The notes under the pieces: generated by a model
Seen by the model: only the letters and a program-made list of their open reading frames with translations
What the model was told of the DNA's origin: nothing
The model's database searches: none
Assembly (NCBI GenBank): GCA_003707115.1
Contig: PPNB01000002.1
Coordinates: 682,001 to 716,873, forward strand
Reading direction: 5' to 3'
DNA: 34,873 nt
Origin: Tortispora ganteri
Taxonomy: Eukaryota
Program-made: the position numbers and the translations under genes
In this document: piece after piece, positions 1 through 11,186 of the stretch
How the letters are laid out: every line of letters starts with the position of its first letter
Position numbering within the stretch: the first letter of the stretch is position 1

Positions 1-112
1 TTTATGATATTAAATATTATAACTATGATTGTGCATATCTTTAAAGAACCACTATAGAAAGTGTTGAAGCTCATCTCATACGCCTAAGAGCTTAAATATA
101 CACCTTATTAGG

Positions 113-985
113 CTAAATTTTGCTAGTAGAACTTTTGCTCTTTTTTGTTCCGGCAACGTTGAAAACTTTCGGGTTTATGACGTCTTCAGGGTAGTTGATG
201 AATGTATTGGATACTTGCCAACTGCCTCCATCAACGACGACAACGGCGCCATTCACAAAAGAAGCAGCATCGGAGCAAAGGTATACGGTAGATAACGCAA
301 TGTCACTAATAGTTCCCATGCGACCTACCGGCACACTCTTCGCAGTAGCATCTTGATTAGGGCTAAGACGATCCATACCTTCAGTGCCGGCAATAGGACC
401 TGGAGCTATGATATTAGATCTGACACCTTTTGGACCATACTCAATAGCAATTACCTGTGATAAGCTGTCAATTGCAGCCTTAGCTGCCGAAACGTGACCC
501 TGGTATGGGACACCACGGTAGTGAAGAGTTGCTGATACGAAGATAACGTGTCCCTTTGACTTGATCAACTCATCTGAAGCAGCTTTGAAAGTATTGAAGG
601 AGCCCAGAACATCAATATCAATAACAGTTTTAAAAGCATTAGGAGATAATTGTTCAATTGTAGCGAGGAAGTTACCAGCAGCGCCACAGATCAAAATATC
701 GATACCTCCTAGTTGTTCGACAGTAGTTTTGACAGCAGCAGTTAAGCTTTCATAGCTTCTTACATCGACACTGAGACCTATAACTTTTGCATCAGGGCGA
801 ATTTTTGAGATTTCAGCAGCAGCTTTCTCTGTTTTCTGTTTGTTGCGACCTATAATAGTGGCATTAGCACCCAATGCCACTAATGCTTCGACCTGCCCTC
901 GACAGATCGAACCGGCACCTCCGGTACAGAATACCACCTTATTCTTAAATATATCAGGTTGGAATAACTTTTCGACACCATGCAT
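113..985 (-). CDS. SPS19: Peroxisomal 2,4-dienoyl-CoA reductase (SDR family)
   Basis: TGGAGSIC nucleotide-binding motif, GAAGNFLA, HVSAAKAAID and IAPGPI are typical of Sps19/DECR2; C-terminal SKI is a PTS1 variant. Confidence 0.92.
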   Translation of the reverse strand: MHGVEKLFQPDIFKNKVVFCTGGAGSICRGQVEALVALGANATIIGRNKQKTEKAAAEISKIRPDAKVIGLSVDVRSYESLTAAVKTTVEQLGGIDILICGAAGNFLATIEQLSPNAFKTVIDIDVLGSFNTFKAASDELIKSKGHVIFVSATLHYRGVPYQGHVSAAKAAIDSLSQVIAIEYGPKGVRSNIIAPGPIAGTEGMDRLSPNQDATAKSVPVGRMGTISDIALSTVYLCSDAASFVNGAVVVVDGGSWQVSNTFINYPEDVINPKVFNVAGTKKSKSSTSKI

Positions 986-1041
986 GTTTATGGATCAATA
1001 CGAGTGACCAAGAAGGTCGCTCTTTATATATTTGTGCGAAT

Positions 1042-1064
1042 GTGGGGTAGAACAGTAGCCTCGG
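1042..1064. promoter_or_regulatory. Putative Mig1/CreA site (GTGGGG, 1042-1047) and FarA/Ctf1/Por1 site (CCTCGG, 1059-1064) upstream of SPS19
   Basis: Exact matches to SYGGRG and CCTCGG within 80 bp of the ATG of a beta-oxidation gene; TATA-like TATATAAA on the minus strand at ~1023-1030. Confidence 0.5.
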
Positions 1065-1610
1065 TAGATCTTGAGGGAGGAGCTTATAGGTGTCTTACCG
1101 AACCCGTTGCCAAGGGGCCCATCACAGTTTGGCCACAATAAGTCCAAAGGACAAGACAGCACACTTCTACACTTTTGCCTAACTTGCTCATTGGATCACA
1201 TAGCAGATCGCGCTGCGTATATATAGAATATCCTTGATTTGTTAGTATGGTTACAGACAAACAGCTTGAAAATGTTGTCCTTGGATTGGGTGTCATAATG
1301 ATGTTATTAATAATGGTTTACCAGTTTGCCGCGACATTTACGAAAGAGAGCAACAAGAAGACCCAATGAACCAATAGTTCTCTACGGTGGTATCACTAAC
1401 CGGCAACGTATTATGACTAGTTATATCTTATGACTTTAAGTACGATTAGTATAAAGATAATTTAATGTAGATATGGTAGATACGTGTATATTAACGAAGA
1501 TCCGAGTATATGTGACATTTAAGGTTTTTTTTTTTAACGAAGCTGGGTTATGGAGGGAAAAATAGATTTCAACTATTATTATACATTAATATCCTCGGGA
1601 CATAGCGGTT

Positions 1611-3779
1611 ATGTTGCGCGCGCTTTTATATCGATCTAGAGTAGCTTCTGTGGCAATACGGAGTGAGTTTGTAGTGAAGCGGTATATTTCTGCTTGTTTA
1701 TGTAATCGCATTGAACAGGCAGTAGCTAGTCAACCGATTGAGGAAGAGCAGCGGCAGCAGGTACGCAAGGAAGACAGATACGTTACTTCGCGAATGAAAT
1801 ACGCTGATTTAATGACTGCTGACACTGAAAGGTTATGGATGAACGATTTTGATAGAAGGAATTCATTAATGGAGATCCGTAACGCCCTAGACTCTTCAGA
1901 CCCTGTGAGTGCTTGTATGGTTATTGCAGAGAGATCGAATGATCATGATTTTTTGAGGTTTTTGAGAGAATCAGGTATGCATACGGAACTAGTAAACTAC
2001 ACAATGAATCACGAAGATAACCCCGATATTCCTAGTCTTACTGAGCTACTTGAGGAATTCGCTGCTCATTCCTTGCACGAGGTGGACCATTGGGTAAACG
2101 CTATGTACCATTACTCCAAAATAGGTCACCCGGATATAGCGCTTGACCTTTTTCAACGACACCTTAAATATGAAGAAACTAAAAGAGAGAAGTATATGAA
2201 AGGCGCTGCTTCAGGTTCAAGGCATGCTGCTTCTGTTCTTAAGAAGATGACCACTGGTACTTTCTACTCTCCTCTATCGCAACCTGCACTTGTTTCATAT
2301 ATTATCAAATGTATGCAAGAATCAGTCACTCCTGATGCCTCTGAGGCTCATAAAATTGTTAATATGCAAGTCTATCCTGAGTATAGACGTGTTATTAATG
2401 AATTACAGCGGCATGGATTTGATTTCGAATTTGCCGAAAAGGTCGCTCAACAATTAAGAGCTCTTGAGTCTAAATTCATCGACACATCCAGTGCAGCCTA
2501 TCTAGATCGTATAAGAAATCTCTCGTTTGGACGCAACTTTAACGCTGTTGATGAAAACTATACTCAACTGAAATTGCGAAACTATAAAATGACTCCGGCT
2601 GCTTGTTTGGCTTACATGTCCGGATTCCTGGTCTTAGAACGGCCAGATATGACATTCAATGTATGGAAAGAAAATGAAGCGAAACTATTTTCAAAAGATT
2701 CACCAGCTGATGTATCATTTTATGAAATCTTGCTCATGGCTACTGCCAAATCAGCCAGCACCAAAGATGAACTACGAGCTGCCTGGGATAACTTACTAGG
2801 AGCTGGCTACTCGCCAACTGTTTCTGCATACGACGCATTAATATCTGGTCTTTTCAAAATTGACCTTGTGCAAGAAGCACTAGCTGCATTTGAAGAAATG
2901 CAAAACAGCGGCTTGTCTCCATCACAAAAAACATTCAATATTGTCCTCAGTGGGCTACTAAAACACGGTATGGGAGCTGAAGCAGAAAGTTTTCTTGAAG
3001 AAGGACAGGCTAACGGCTATACGGCCGATCCTGTGACTTGTAACGCGTTTTTGTCTTCCTATTTGGCGAATCGAAAGTACGAAGGCGTTTTGGAAATGTT
3101 TGACCAGATGCTGAAGAATAATATCAAACCAGACGCTGCTACATATACCATTATTGTCGACTGTCTGTTCAAGCAAGCAAGTGAACGCAATAAGACTATT
3201 AGCATGGATGATATTTCTGTCATTATTGATCTCATGAATTCAAACAACGTGACTCCACCTATGGCACTATATTCAGCTATTATTGACGGGTTTACTGAAG
3301 CTAACAATATGGTGGCATACAAGGGTGCACTGAATTTGTACAAGGGGATTTTAGCTCAAGGACTTAAACCGAACCACTTTGTTTTCTCTTCTATAACTAA
3401 AGCTAGACTGAAATACGGCACTTTGAATGAAGCAGAAGAAGTTCTAAGAGAAATGAAAGAGCATAAAGTCACACCTTTACCAAACATTTACAATCAGTTT
3501 ATGTCATATTTGTCTCGAAGAGATAGATTAGATATGGATCGTGCTATGGAATTTTATCGGGCAATGCTGTCGAGAGATTGCAAGCCAAATAAGTTTACAT
3601 ATTTCTACTTGCTGAAAATAGCCAACATGACTAGAAGCATCAGTGATGCAGAGACCATTATTAAAGATATGCAGAAACGACATTTCACAACAACATCTGA
3701 TCCGCTAGTCAAAGTGCTCAAAAATCTTCAAAAGTTAGGTGCTAATATTTCAGACGACTACATAAAGTTGTTTGATTAG
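1611..3779 (+). CDS. Mitochondrial pentatricopeptide-repeat (PPR) protein
   Basis: Arg/Ser-rich N-terminal presequence; tandem 35-aa repeats such as PTVSAYDALISGLFKIDLVQEALAAFEEMQNSGLS, PSQKTFNIVLSGL and PDAATYTIIVDCL. Confidence 0.88.
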   Translation: MLRALLYRSRVASVAIRSEFVVKRYISACLCNRIEQAVASQPIEEEQRQQVRKEDRYVTSRMKYADLMTADTERLWMNDFDRRNSLMEIRNALDSSDPVSACMVIAERSNDHDFLRFLRESGMHTELVNYTMNHEDNPDIPSLTELLEEFAAHSLHEVDHWVNAMYHYSKIGHPDIALDLFQRHLKYEETKREKYMKGAASGSRHAASVLKKMTTGTFYSPLSQPALVSYIIKCMQESVTPDASEAHKIVNMQVYPEYRRVINELQRHGFDFEFAEKVAQQLRALESKFIDTSSAAYLDRIRNLSFGRNFNAVDENYTQLKLRNYKMTPAACLAYMSGFLVLERPDMTFNVWKENEAKLFSKDSPADVSFYEILLMATAKSASTKDELRAAWDNLLGAGYSPTVSAYDALISGLFKIDLVQEALAAFEEMQNSGLSPSQKTFNIVLSGLLKHGMGAEAESFLEEGQANGYTADPVTCNAFLSSYLANRKYEGVLEMFDQMLKNNIKPDAATYTIIVDCLFKQASERNKTISMDDISVIIDLMNSNNVTPPMALYSAIIDGFTEANNMVAYKGALNLYKGILAQGLKPNHFVFSSITKARLKYGTLNEAEEVLREMKEHKVTPLPNIYNQFMSYLSRRDRLDMDRAMEFYRAMLSRDCKPNKFTYFYLLKIANMTRSISDAETIIKDMQKRHFTTTSDPLVKVLKNLQKLGANISDDYIKLFD

Positions 3780-3788
3780 AGCAAAATG

Positions 3789-3806
3789 TATATATATATA
3801 TATATA
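3789..3806. repeat. (TA)n microsatellite in the convergent PPR/SNO1 gap
   Basis: About 9 TA units; may double as a TATATA-type 3'-end efficiency element. Confidence 0.75.
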
Positions 3807-3835
3807 TGTCTAAAACGGAAACAATGAGACCTTCT

Positions 3836-4513
3836 CTAACTGAAAGTAGAAACCCAGTATTCGTGAACTCTTGTATCGTTAGTAAGTTCAGGATGAAATG
3901 AAGTTCCAAAAATTCGGCCTTGCTTAACTGCAACTATATCACCGTTTTTAGTTTTTGCAAGTATCTGTACAGGTTCGCGAGCATTAGCTGCTTTGATGTT
4001 TATAGGAGCGCAAATGGTGCCCTGAGGGGGGGATCTATTGGTAGGATCAAGTATAGTGTCAACAGCAGGAGCTCTAATAAAAACACAGTCAAATGGTGTT
4101 AATTTATCCTCCAGGAAATCAAGATTCATTGGTTCTATAAAGGATTCATTCTGGCGGCCAAAATGGTTACGGTTTATTCTTATGCTGAGACCTCCTACCA
4201 GTTCTTGCCCGTCACGTTTAGTTCTATTGGCTTGATCCGAAACAAGAATCAGACCAGCACAAGTTCCCCAGATTGGTTTGTCGGTATCATTTACAAACTG
4301 GCGTAAGGGTTCTAATAAACCAGAGCGTTCAGCAACCAGCGACATCGTCGTTGACTCACCACCAGGTATCACCAATGCATCGCACTGATCGAGTTGCGCT
4401 ACAGTTCTGACCTCTTGAACTTGATAATCCAGTCCACGTTTAGCTATTACCTGTTTCAACATATGTACATGTTCAAAGAACGCGCCCTGTAAGGCCAAAA
4501 CTCCTATAATCAT
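3836..4513 (-). CDS. SNO1: Pyridoxal 5'-phosphate synthase glutaminase subunit (Sno/Pdx2)
   Basis: GVLALQGAF, PGGESTTM, WGTCAGLIL (catalytic Cys), FIRAP and FHPE motifs. Confidence 0.95.
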   Translation of the reverse strand: MIIGVLALQGAFFEHVHMLKQVIAKRGLDYQVQEVRTVAQLDQCDALVIPGGESTTMSLVAERSGLLEPLRQFVNDTDKPIWGTCAGLILVSDQANRTKRDGQELVGGLSIRINRNHFGRQNESFIEPMNLDFLEDKLTPFDCVFIRAPAVDTILDPTNRSPPQGTICAPINIKAANAREPVQILAKTKNGDIVAVKQGRIFGTSFHPELTNDTRVHEYWVSTFS

Positions 4514-4611
4514 CGGGGTTGGTAATAAAAATGGAGTAAATTTCCCGATCTCTTAAAAATAGAGTTTTTGTGTAACAGCTTACCCTTAGCGTACCATACT
4601 TTCGACGATAA

Positions 4612-5226
4612 ATGGATGAAGCTGACTATAACGAATCAGAAGACGAGGATTTCGTGCCGCCAAGTGATTCAGACAGCGAAGATGAGCACATAGAAATTGT
4701 ACAAAAGGAACCCGAAACTGTGAAACCGACTGTAGATGTTGACAAAGTCTGGGAAAGTCTCAAGTCCGAAGTGCCAAAGAAACCGGTGGCAGTAAACGAC
4801 AAGCCACAAGAAGAGTATATCACCATAACGCGTACTTATGAGTTTGCTGGAAAAGTAGAAAAAGAGACAAAAAAGGTACTTAAATCCTCTGCGGAAGCAA
4901 AAGCGTATTTGGACTCTTTGGATGAGAAGACGGCAGCGAACTCTGAAGATCGAAAACCAACGTCAACACTGAAACCTAAGTTGGGCCCTAGACGCGGCAA
5001 GAAGAGAGTGTCAATGCTTGATAAAATGGCTAACGAGCATAAAGCAAAGAAAATAAATACATTGGAAAAGAGTAAATTGGATTGGGCTAAATATGTCGAT
5101 ACCGAGAATATAGGTGATGAGCTTAATCAACACAAAAAGGACGGATTTCTTGACAAAAGAGATTTCTTATCTAAAGTCGAAAGACAAAAATACGATGATC
5201 TGGTAAATGCCAGGAAAAAGGTTTAG
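4612..5226 (+). CDS. SWC5: SWR1 complex subunit Swc5 (BCNT domain)
   Basis: Acidic N-terminus with DEDF motif, RTYEFAG, and C-terminal BCNT domain (NTLEKSKLDW...KDGFLDKRDFL). Confidence 0.92.
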   Translation: MDEADYNESEDEDFVPPSDSDSEDEHIEIVQKEPETVKPTVDVDKVWESLKSEVPKKPVAVNDKPQEEYITITRTYEFAGKVEKETKKVLKSSAEAKAYLDSLDEKTAANSEDRKPTSTLKPKLGPRRGKKRVSMLDKMANEHKAKKINTLEKSKLDWAKYVDTENIGDELNQHKKDGFLDKRDFLSKVERQKYDDLVNARKKV

Positions 5227-5338
5227 CAATAGAGACTAAAGAGGGGGGAAAGGGATAAAAAATCACAGAAATGTTTTTGTACTTAGAAATTAAAGACATT
5301 CAACTCATCAAAACGAGTATGGGCTTCATGTTCAGTTT

Positions 5339-6908
<1,570 letters not shown>

Positions 6909-7361
6909 TTCTATCTGGTTAGTATCTTTAGTGAATTAAAATAAGAGTTATATGTTATATCTAATCATTTCGAATATCATGGATAACTGAATCAAATATG
7001 AACTAGAGGGCAGATTTTTTATATGACACATCTCGGAAAAATGGCCTATCATCCACCGTGGTCACTATTTGACGCTAGATAGATATATTACTTCTGCAGG
7101 AGACTTACTGTTTAACGGAAAATACTTCAAAAACCTCAGATCAACTCTGTCTCTTTGAGAAACTAACCAGACTGGTTTAAAATATATATATATATAAAAA
7201 CGTATGCTATGTTCTAACGATAAATTTCTGAAAATATTGTATAAGGATTAGCCAATTACAAAGCTTGATTTTAAATGAGAAAATATAAGCCGCACAATCC
7301 CAAAATGGAAGCCGATTATTCTCGTAAGTAAATGAATATTATTTGAAATGTTGAAGCATTA

Positions 7362-9339
7362 TTAATCAATGCGTTCACGTTTAACATCTGTTGGTTCATA
7401 ATTTGAATCATCGTCATCATCGTAGTCATTAGACGTTTCCTAAAAAGTGGTTGTTAGTGTATGTACTTTAGTATCGTAGATCCCTTTCCGTATGCGATAA
7501 TCTCGTAAATCAGTGTGCCTCGAAACAATACCTGCTTTCTATTCGGGTTAGATCAAAAATTGCTTTTTGATCAGCAATTATCTCTCTTATATTTAGTACA
7601 ACGCAATAAACTGTAAGCTTTAGCGATGACTTGAGGATTTTTCAATACAGAATCATATCGACCCACCCTAAAGAACATTACTATTGCTGTTAAGTACTCA
7701 TCAAAAATGACAATGATACTTGGCAATTAATGTAAAGCAAAATAATAAAAGAGTCTTAATCTACAAGGCAGCATTGCTGCGGGTATAGGTATTGGTTCAA
7801 AGCTCAATGCTGGCGGTTTGTGGTCCGAGGTTCGCTAGATCACTTCACAAGATCGACATCGGTGGGATAACGGGCGTGTTTAACAATACTTACAAGTTTG
7901 TGTTTGCCTAGCAAACTGTCTCGCTGGTCTTCCTCATGTTTGACCTTATTAGTAGGAGCAGGAGCTCCAGTTTCGTCATAGCAAGTGGCATGGTATATGA
8001 CACCATCCACTTCCACTGCATTCATCCATACCCAGTCTTGGGCTTTGTCACTCCATACACTTTCAAAATTCTCTTTACACACTGGGCATGGCTCTGACGC
8101 CCGTGAATCCGTAAGCGTAGAAACATATTTCTCACGTAGCTCTTTAATACGAGCAGCTTTGATATCCGATTCTGTCTCTACTTTCTTCTTAGGTCCTATG
8201 TCCTTCTCAGATATATCTGACTCATCGATACCACTAGCAGACAGCCATTCTTCTACAGACGGAAACCAGGCACGACTGTGGAGAATCTTTTCATCTCGCG
8301 ACCTAGCATTAACGCGGAAATGAAAGTCTAGATGATTAGCGCGCCTAACTCCAGCTTCAGCTGATGAACTAAATCGCTTCGCACAACTGGAACACTGTTT
8401 TGGCAACTCATCATATAAAACCTGATACGCTCCAGGTTTTAATTCTGTTAATGATGCCGTTGTTATCTTAAAGATATTAGAACTAGATTTATTATCGTTT
8501 GTAGCCGGCGAAATGGGCTTCAACAGACCGGCTTGTTTCAAAGTAGCCAGCAGCTTAGTAGCATCTACATTCTTCAGAGTGGCACCAGGCTGAGTCGTAC
8601 CATTCGCATTAGCTGAGAGATTAGAGTTCATATAGCTCATGACATTCGTGTTAGGTGGATTAGGAGCGAAATTTTGCTGGGTTTGCTGAGGAGGATATGC
8701 GGCTGGTTGCTTCCAGGCATCGGGATAAGATCCACCGGTTTGGGGTAAGATTGGCATAGGAGGCTGTGCATTAAATCCGTTAGCGGGATAACCAGGCGCT
8801 ATTTGTCCATAATTTGGAGGCTGATAGGAATTTCCGAATGCAGGATTATGGAAAGCGCCTGGAAGATTCATGTTGGTGGGCATAAAGCCATTATATCTTC
8901 GAAGTAGATCTTGCTTGACATTCATCATAGTATGGATATCTTTAGTAAAGAAACGTTCAAGTTTCATAGTAGGATCTTCGGGAAACAGCGTAGGTCTGTG
9001 GAACACAGGCTGAAGCCAAGTCAGAAAAAGGCGCTGTATCTGAATTCTGGTCGAGTTATCGACCAGAGTGTACGCTTCCGTTACTGTTTTGTAGATATTA
9101 TGTGCAAAAAGTTCAATGTAAGGAGGACCAACATTTTTGCAAATAGAATCAAGGAGATATAATGCAGGTAATTTTAACGGTGGTTTGACCCTAGATATGT
9201 GTAATTGTACGGCGTCAACGATGGCTGGTGCAAAAGGAACGTTGTTTTGTGCCGTCATTGTGAGGTTGTTAATAATGGGCTTCGAGTTAAAAGTAAGCTC
9301 ATCTAAAGCAGCCAGGTAGCCCCTTTTAAACTCGTCCAT
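7362..9339 (-). CDS. PCF11: mRNA 3'-end processing/termination factor Pcf11, 2 exons (9339-7894 and 7439-7362)
   Basis: N-terminal CID (LTFNSKPIINNLT, LYLLDSICKNVG), zinc motifs CSSCAKRF..HLDFHF and CPVCKENF...YHATC, and Clp1-binding SRAWF. Phase-0 splice adds ETSNDYDDDDDSNYEPTDVKRERID*. Confidence 0.9.
7440..7893 (-). other. Putative 3'-terminal spliceosomal intron of PCF11 (454 nt)
   Basis: GTAAGT donor at 7893-7888, CACTAAC branch at ~7459-7453, pyrimidine run plus TAG acceptor ending at 7440; the downstream exon is in frame. Confidence 0.8.
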
Positions 9340-10014
9340 TTTGTTTCCGGCAATGAAAAAGACGGAGTTGATGCAGTTGTCGAAAGGAAAAAAAGAAAGT
9401 GATATGGTTTGCGAAAAGAGAGTAGGAATTTAAGAATTGGGTTAGGGTTATATGTTGATTTGATTGTATTGAGTAATAGTAGTAGCAGGCGGTATATTGG
9501 TATAGCGCAATCTAGATGAGATAGTGGAATGGAGTACCTGAGGAGTATATGAAAGGAATATCCATTAATTGATTAGACGATGTTGGTAGTAAAGAAACTG
9601 GCGGAGAGAGATGAAAAGCGGCCATTAGTGGATGTAGGTAGTGGTGAAGATCAGAGTAGTTGAGTGATATGCAGGCAAGTAGAGTAGCATTAATTTCAAG
9701 ACAAATGTCTAAAGACGAAATATTTAAAAGGACGCAATCTACAGTGCAGAGTAGAGGCCGATGATTGGCCGTGCAGATAGGAGGGCAAGTAGTCTATGGC
9801 CGTGCCTAGGCCGATAAGGTTTTGCGGACACCACCTACGTAGCGTGAAGAAAGGTATTGTGGGGAGGGAAAAATAAGAAGCAAAAAGTGACTTTTTTGAC
9901 ATATCGATACTTTCTTTTATCTTCTTGTTTAAATATTGGCGATTCTACTAATTATCCCTCTTATAATTCGATAACTACTCTATACAAATTGAGGTTTAGA
10001 TTTTTTTTCTAATT

Positions 10015-10926
10015 ATGTCTCCAGTTGGTAATAAAGACTCTAAAACAAGCGGAGCATCTCGTGTTCTAGGCTCTGCAACTGCTGGTATAGCTGAACTAAC
10101 AGTGTTCCACCCTGTCGACACTATTTCTAAGCGACTAATGAGCAACAAAACTAAAGTCGCGAACCTGTCAACCTTGAACACGGTCATTTTCCGCGATTAC
10201 GCTAACGCTAGTGTCGGTCGCAAGCTGCTCTCTTTGTTCCCTGGCCTAGGCTACGCTGCGGGTTACAAGGTCCTCCAGAGAGTGTACAAGTATGGTGGAC
10301 AACCCTACGTCAATGATTTCCTCAATAAAAACTACGGTAGCATTTTTGAAGACTCTTTTGGCAAGAAAACAGGCAAAGCTTTGATGTCAGCTACCGCTGG
10401 TTCTCTGATCGGCATCGGTGAGATCGTATTGCTCCCGCTCGACGTACTCAAGATCAAGCGTCAAACCAATCCAGAATCTTTCCGCGGCCGCGGATTTTTG
10501 AAAGTATTGGCCGACGAAGGTTTTGGCCTATACCGCGGCTGGGGCTGGACTGCTGCCCGAAACGCGCCTGGTAGTTTCGCTTTGTTCGGCGGCAATGCGT
10601 TCGCTAAGGAGTACGTCTTAGGTCTATCTGATTACAACAAAGCCACGTGGGGCCAAAACTTTGTGGCGTCTATTTTTGGTGCATCGGCATCTTTGATTGT
10701 ATCTGCACCGTTGGACGTCATTAAGACCCGCATCCAGAACAGAAACTTCGATAACCCCGAATCTGGCTTCACTATTTTGAAGAACATGGCTAAGAACGAA
10801 GGTTTCTCTGCCTTCTTTAAAGGACTCGTCCCCAAACTTCTCACCACGGGTCCCAAACTTGTCTTCTCGTTTGCTCTAGCTCAATCCCTTATACCTGCCT
10901 TCGACAAACTCATCGCTGGTAAGTAG
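10015..10926 (+). CDS. GGC1: Mitochondrial GTP/GDP carrier
   Basis: Three carrier signatures (PVDTISKRL, PLDVLKIKR, PLDVIKTRI) and Ggc1-like YKVLQRVYKYGGQP, RNAPGSFALFG and TTGPKLVFSF. Confidence 0.95.
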   Translation: MSPVGNKDSKTSGASRVLGSATAGIAELTVFHPVDTISKRLMSNKTKVANLSTLNTVIFRDYANASVGRKLLSLFPGLGYAAGYKVLQRVYKYGGQPYVNDFLNKNYGSIFEDSFGKKTGKALMSATAGSLIGIGEIVLLPLDVLKIKRQTNPESFRGRGFLKVLADEGFGLYRGWGWTAARNAPGSFALFGGNAFAKEYVLGLSDYNKATWGQNFVASIFGASASLIVSAPLDVIKTRIQNRNFDNPESGFTILKNMAKNEGFSAFFKGLVPKLLTTGPKLVFSFALAQSLIPAFDKLIAGK

Positions 10927-11186
10927 ACCCGCGCTTACGCCGACTTACAGGACTTCACCACCTGTCCTCTCCCTGACTCATGCGATTCAGATCGTATGGC
11001 CGAAACAATGTAGATAGAATTTAAAGGGTTTTGTTACTTTTATGTCATATATCATGTGCCCTGATACATATCCGGATATCATACAGTGAAGCTTGCAGCC
11101 GGCCCAACCATCATTGTACAGTTACACCTCCTACCTTATATAGTACCATCCCACCCACAACTGACTCTTCCTCTTGCTATATTTCC

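Noticed and set aside
1084..1296. 70-aa ORF between SPS19 and the PPR gene (similarly 9696-9902)
   Set aside because: Short, no motifs, and located in promoter DNA; likely chance.
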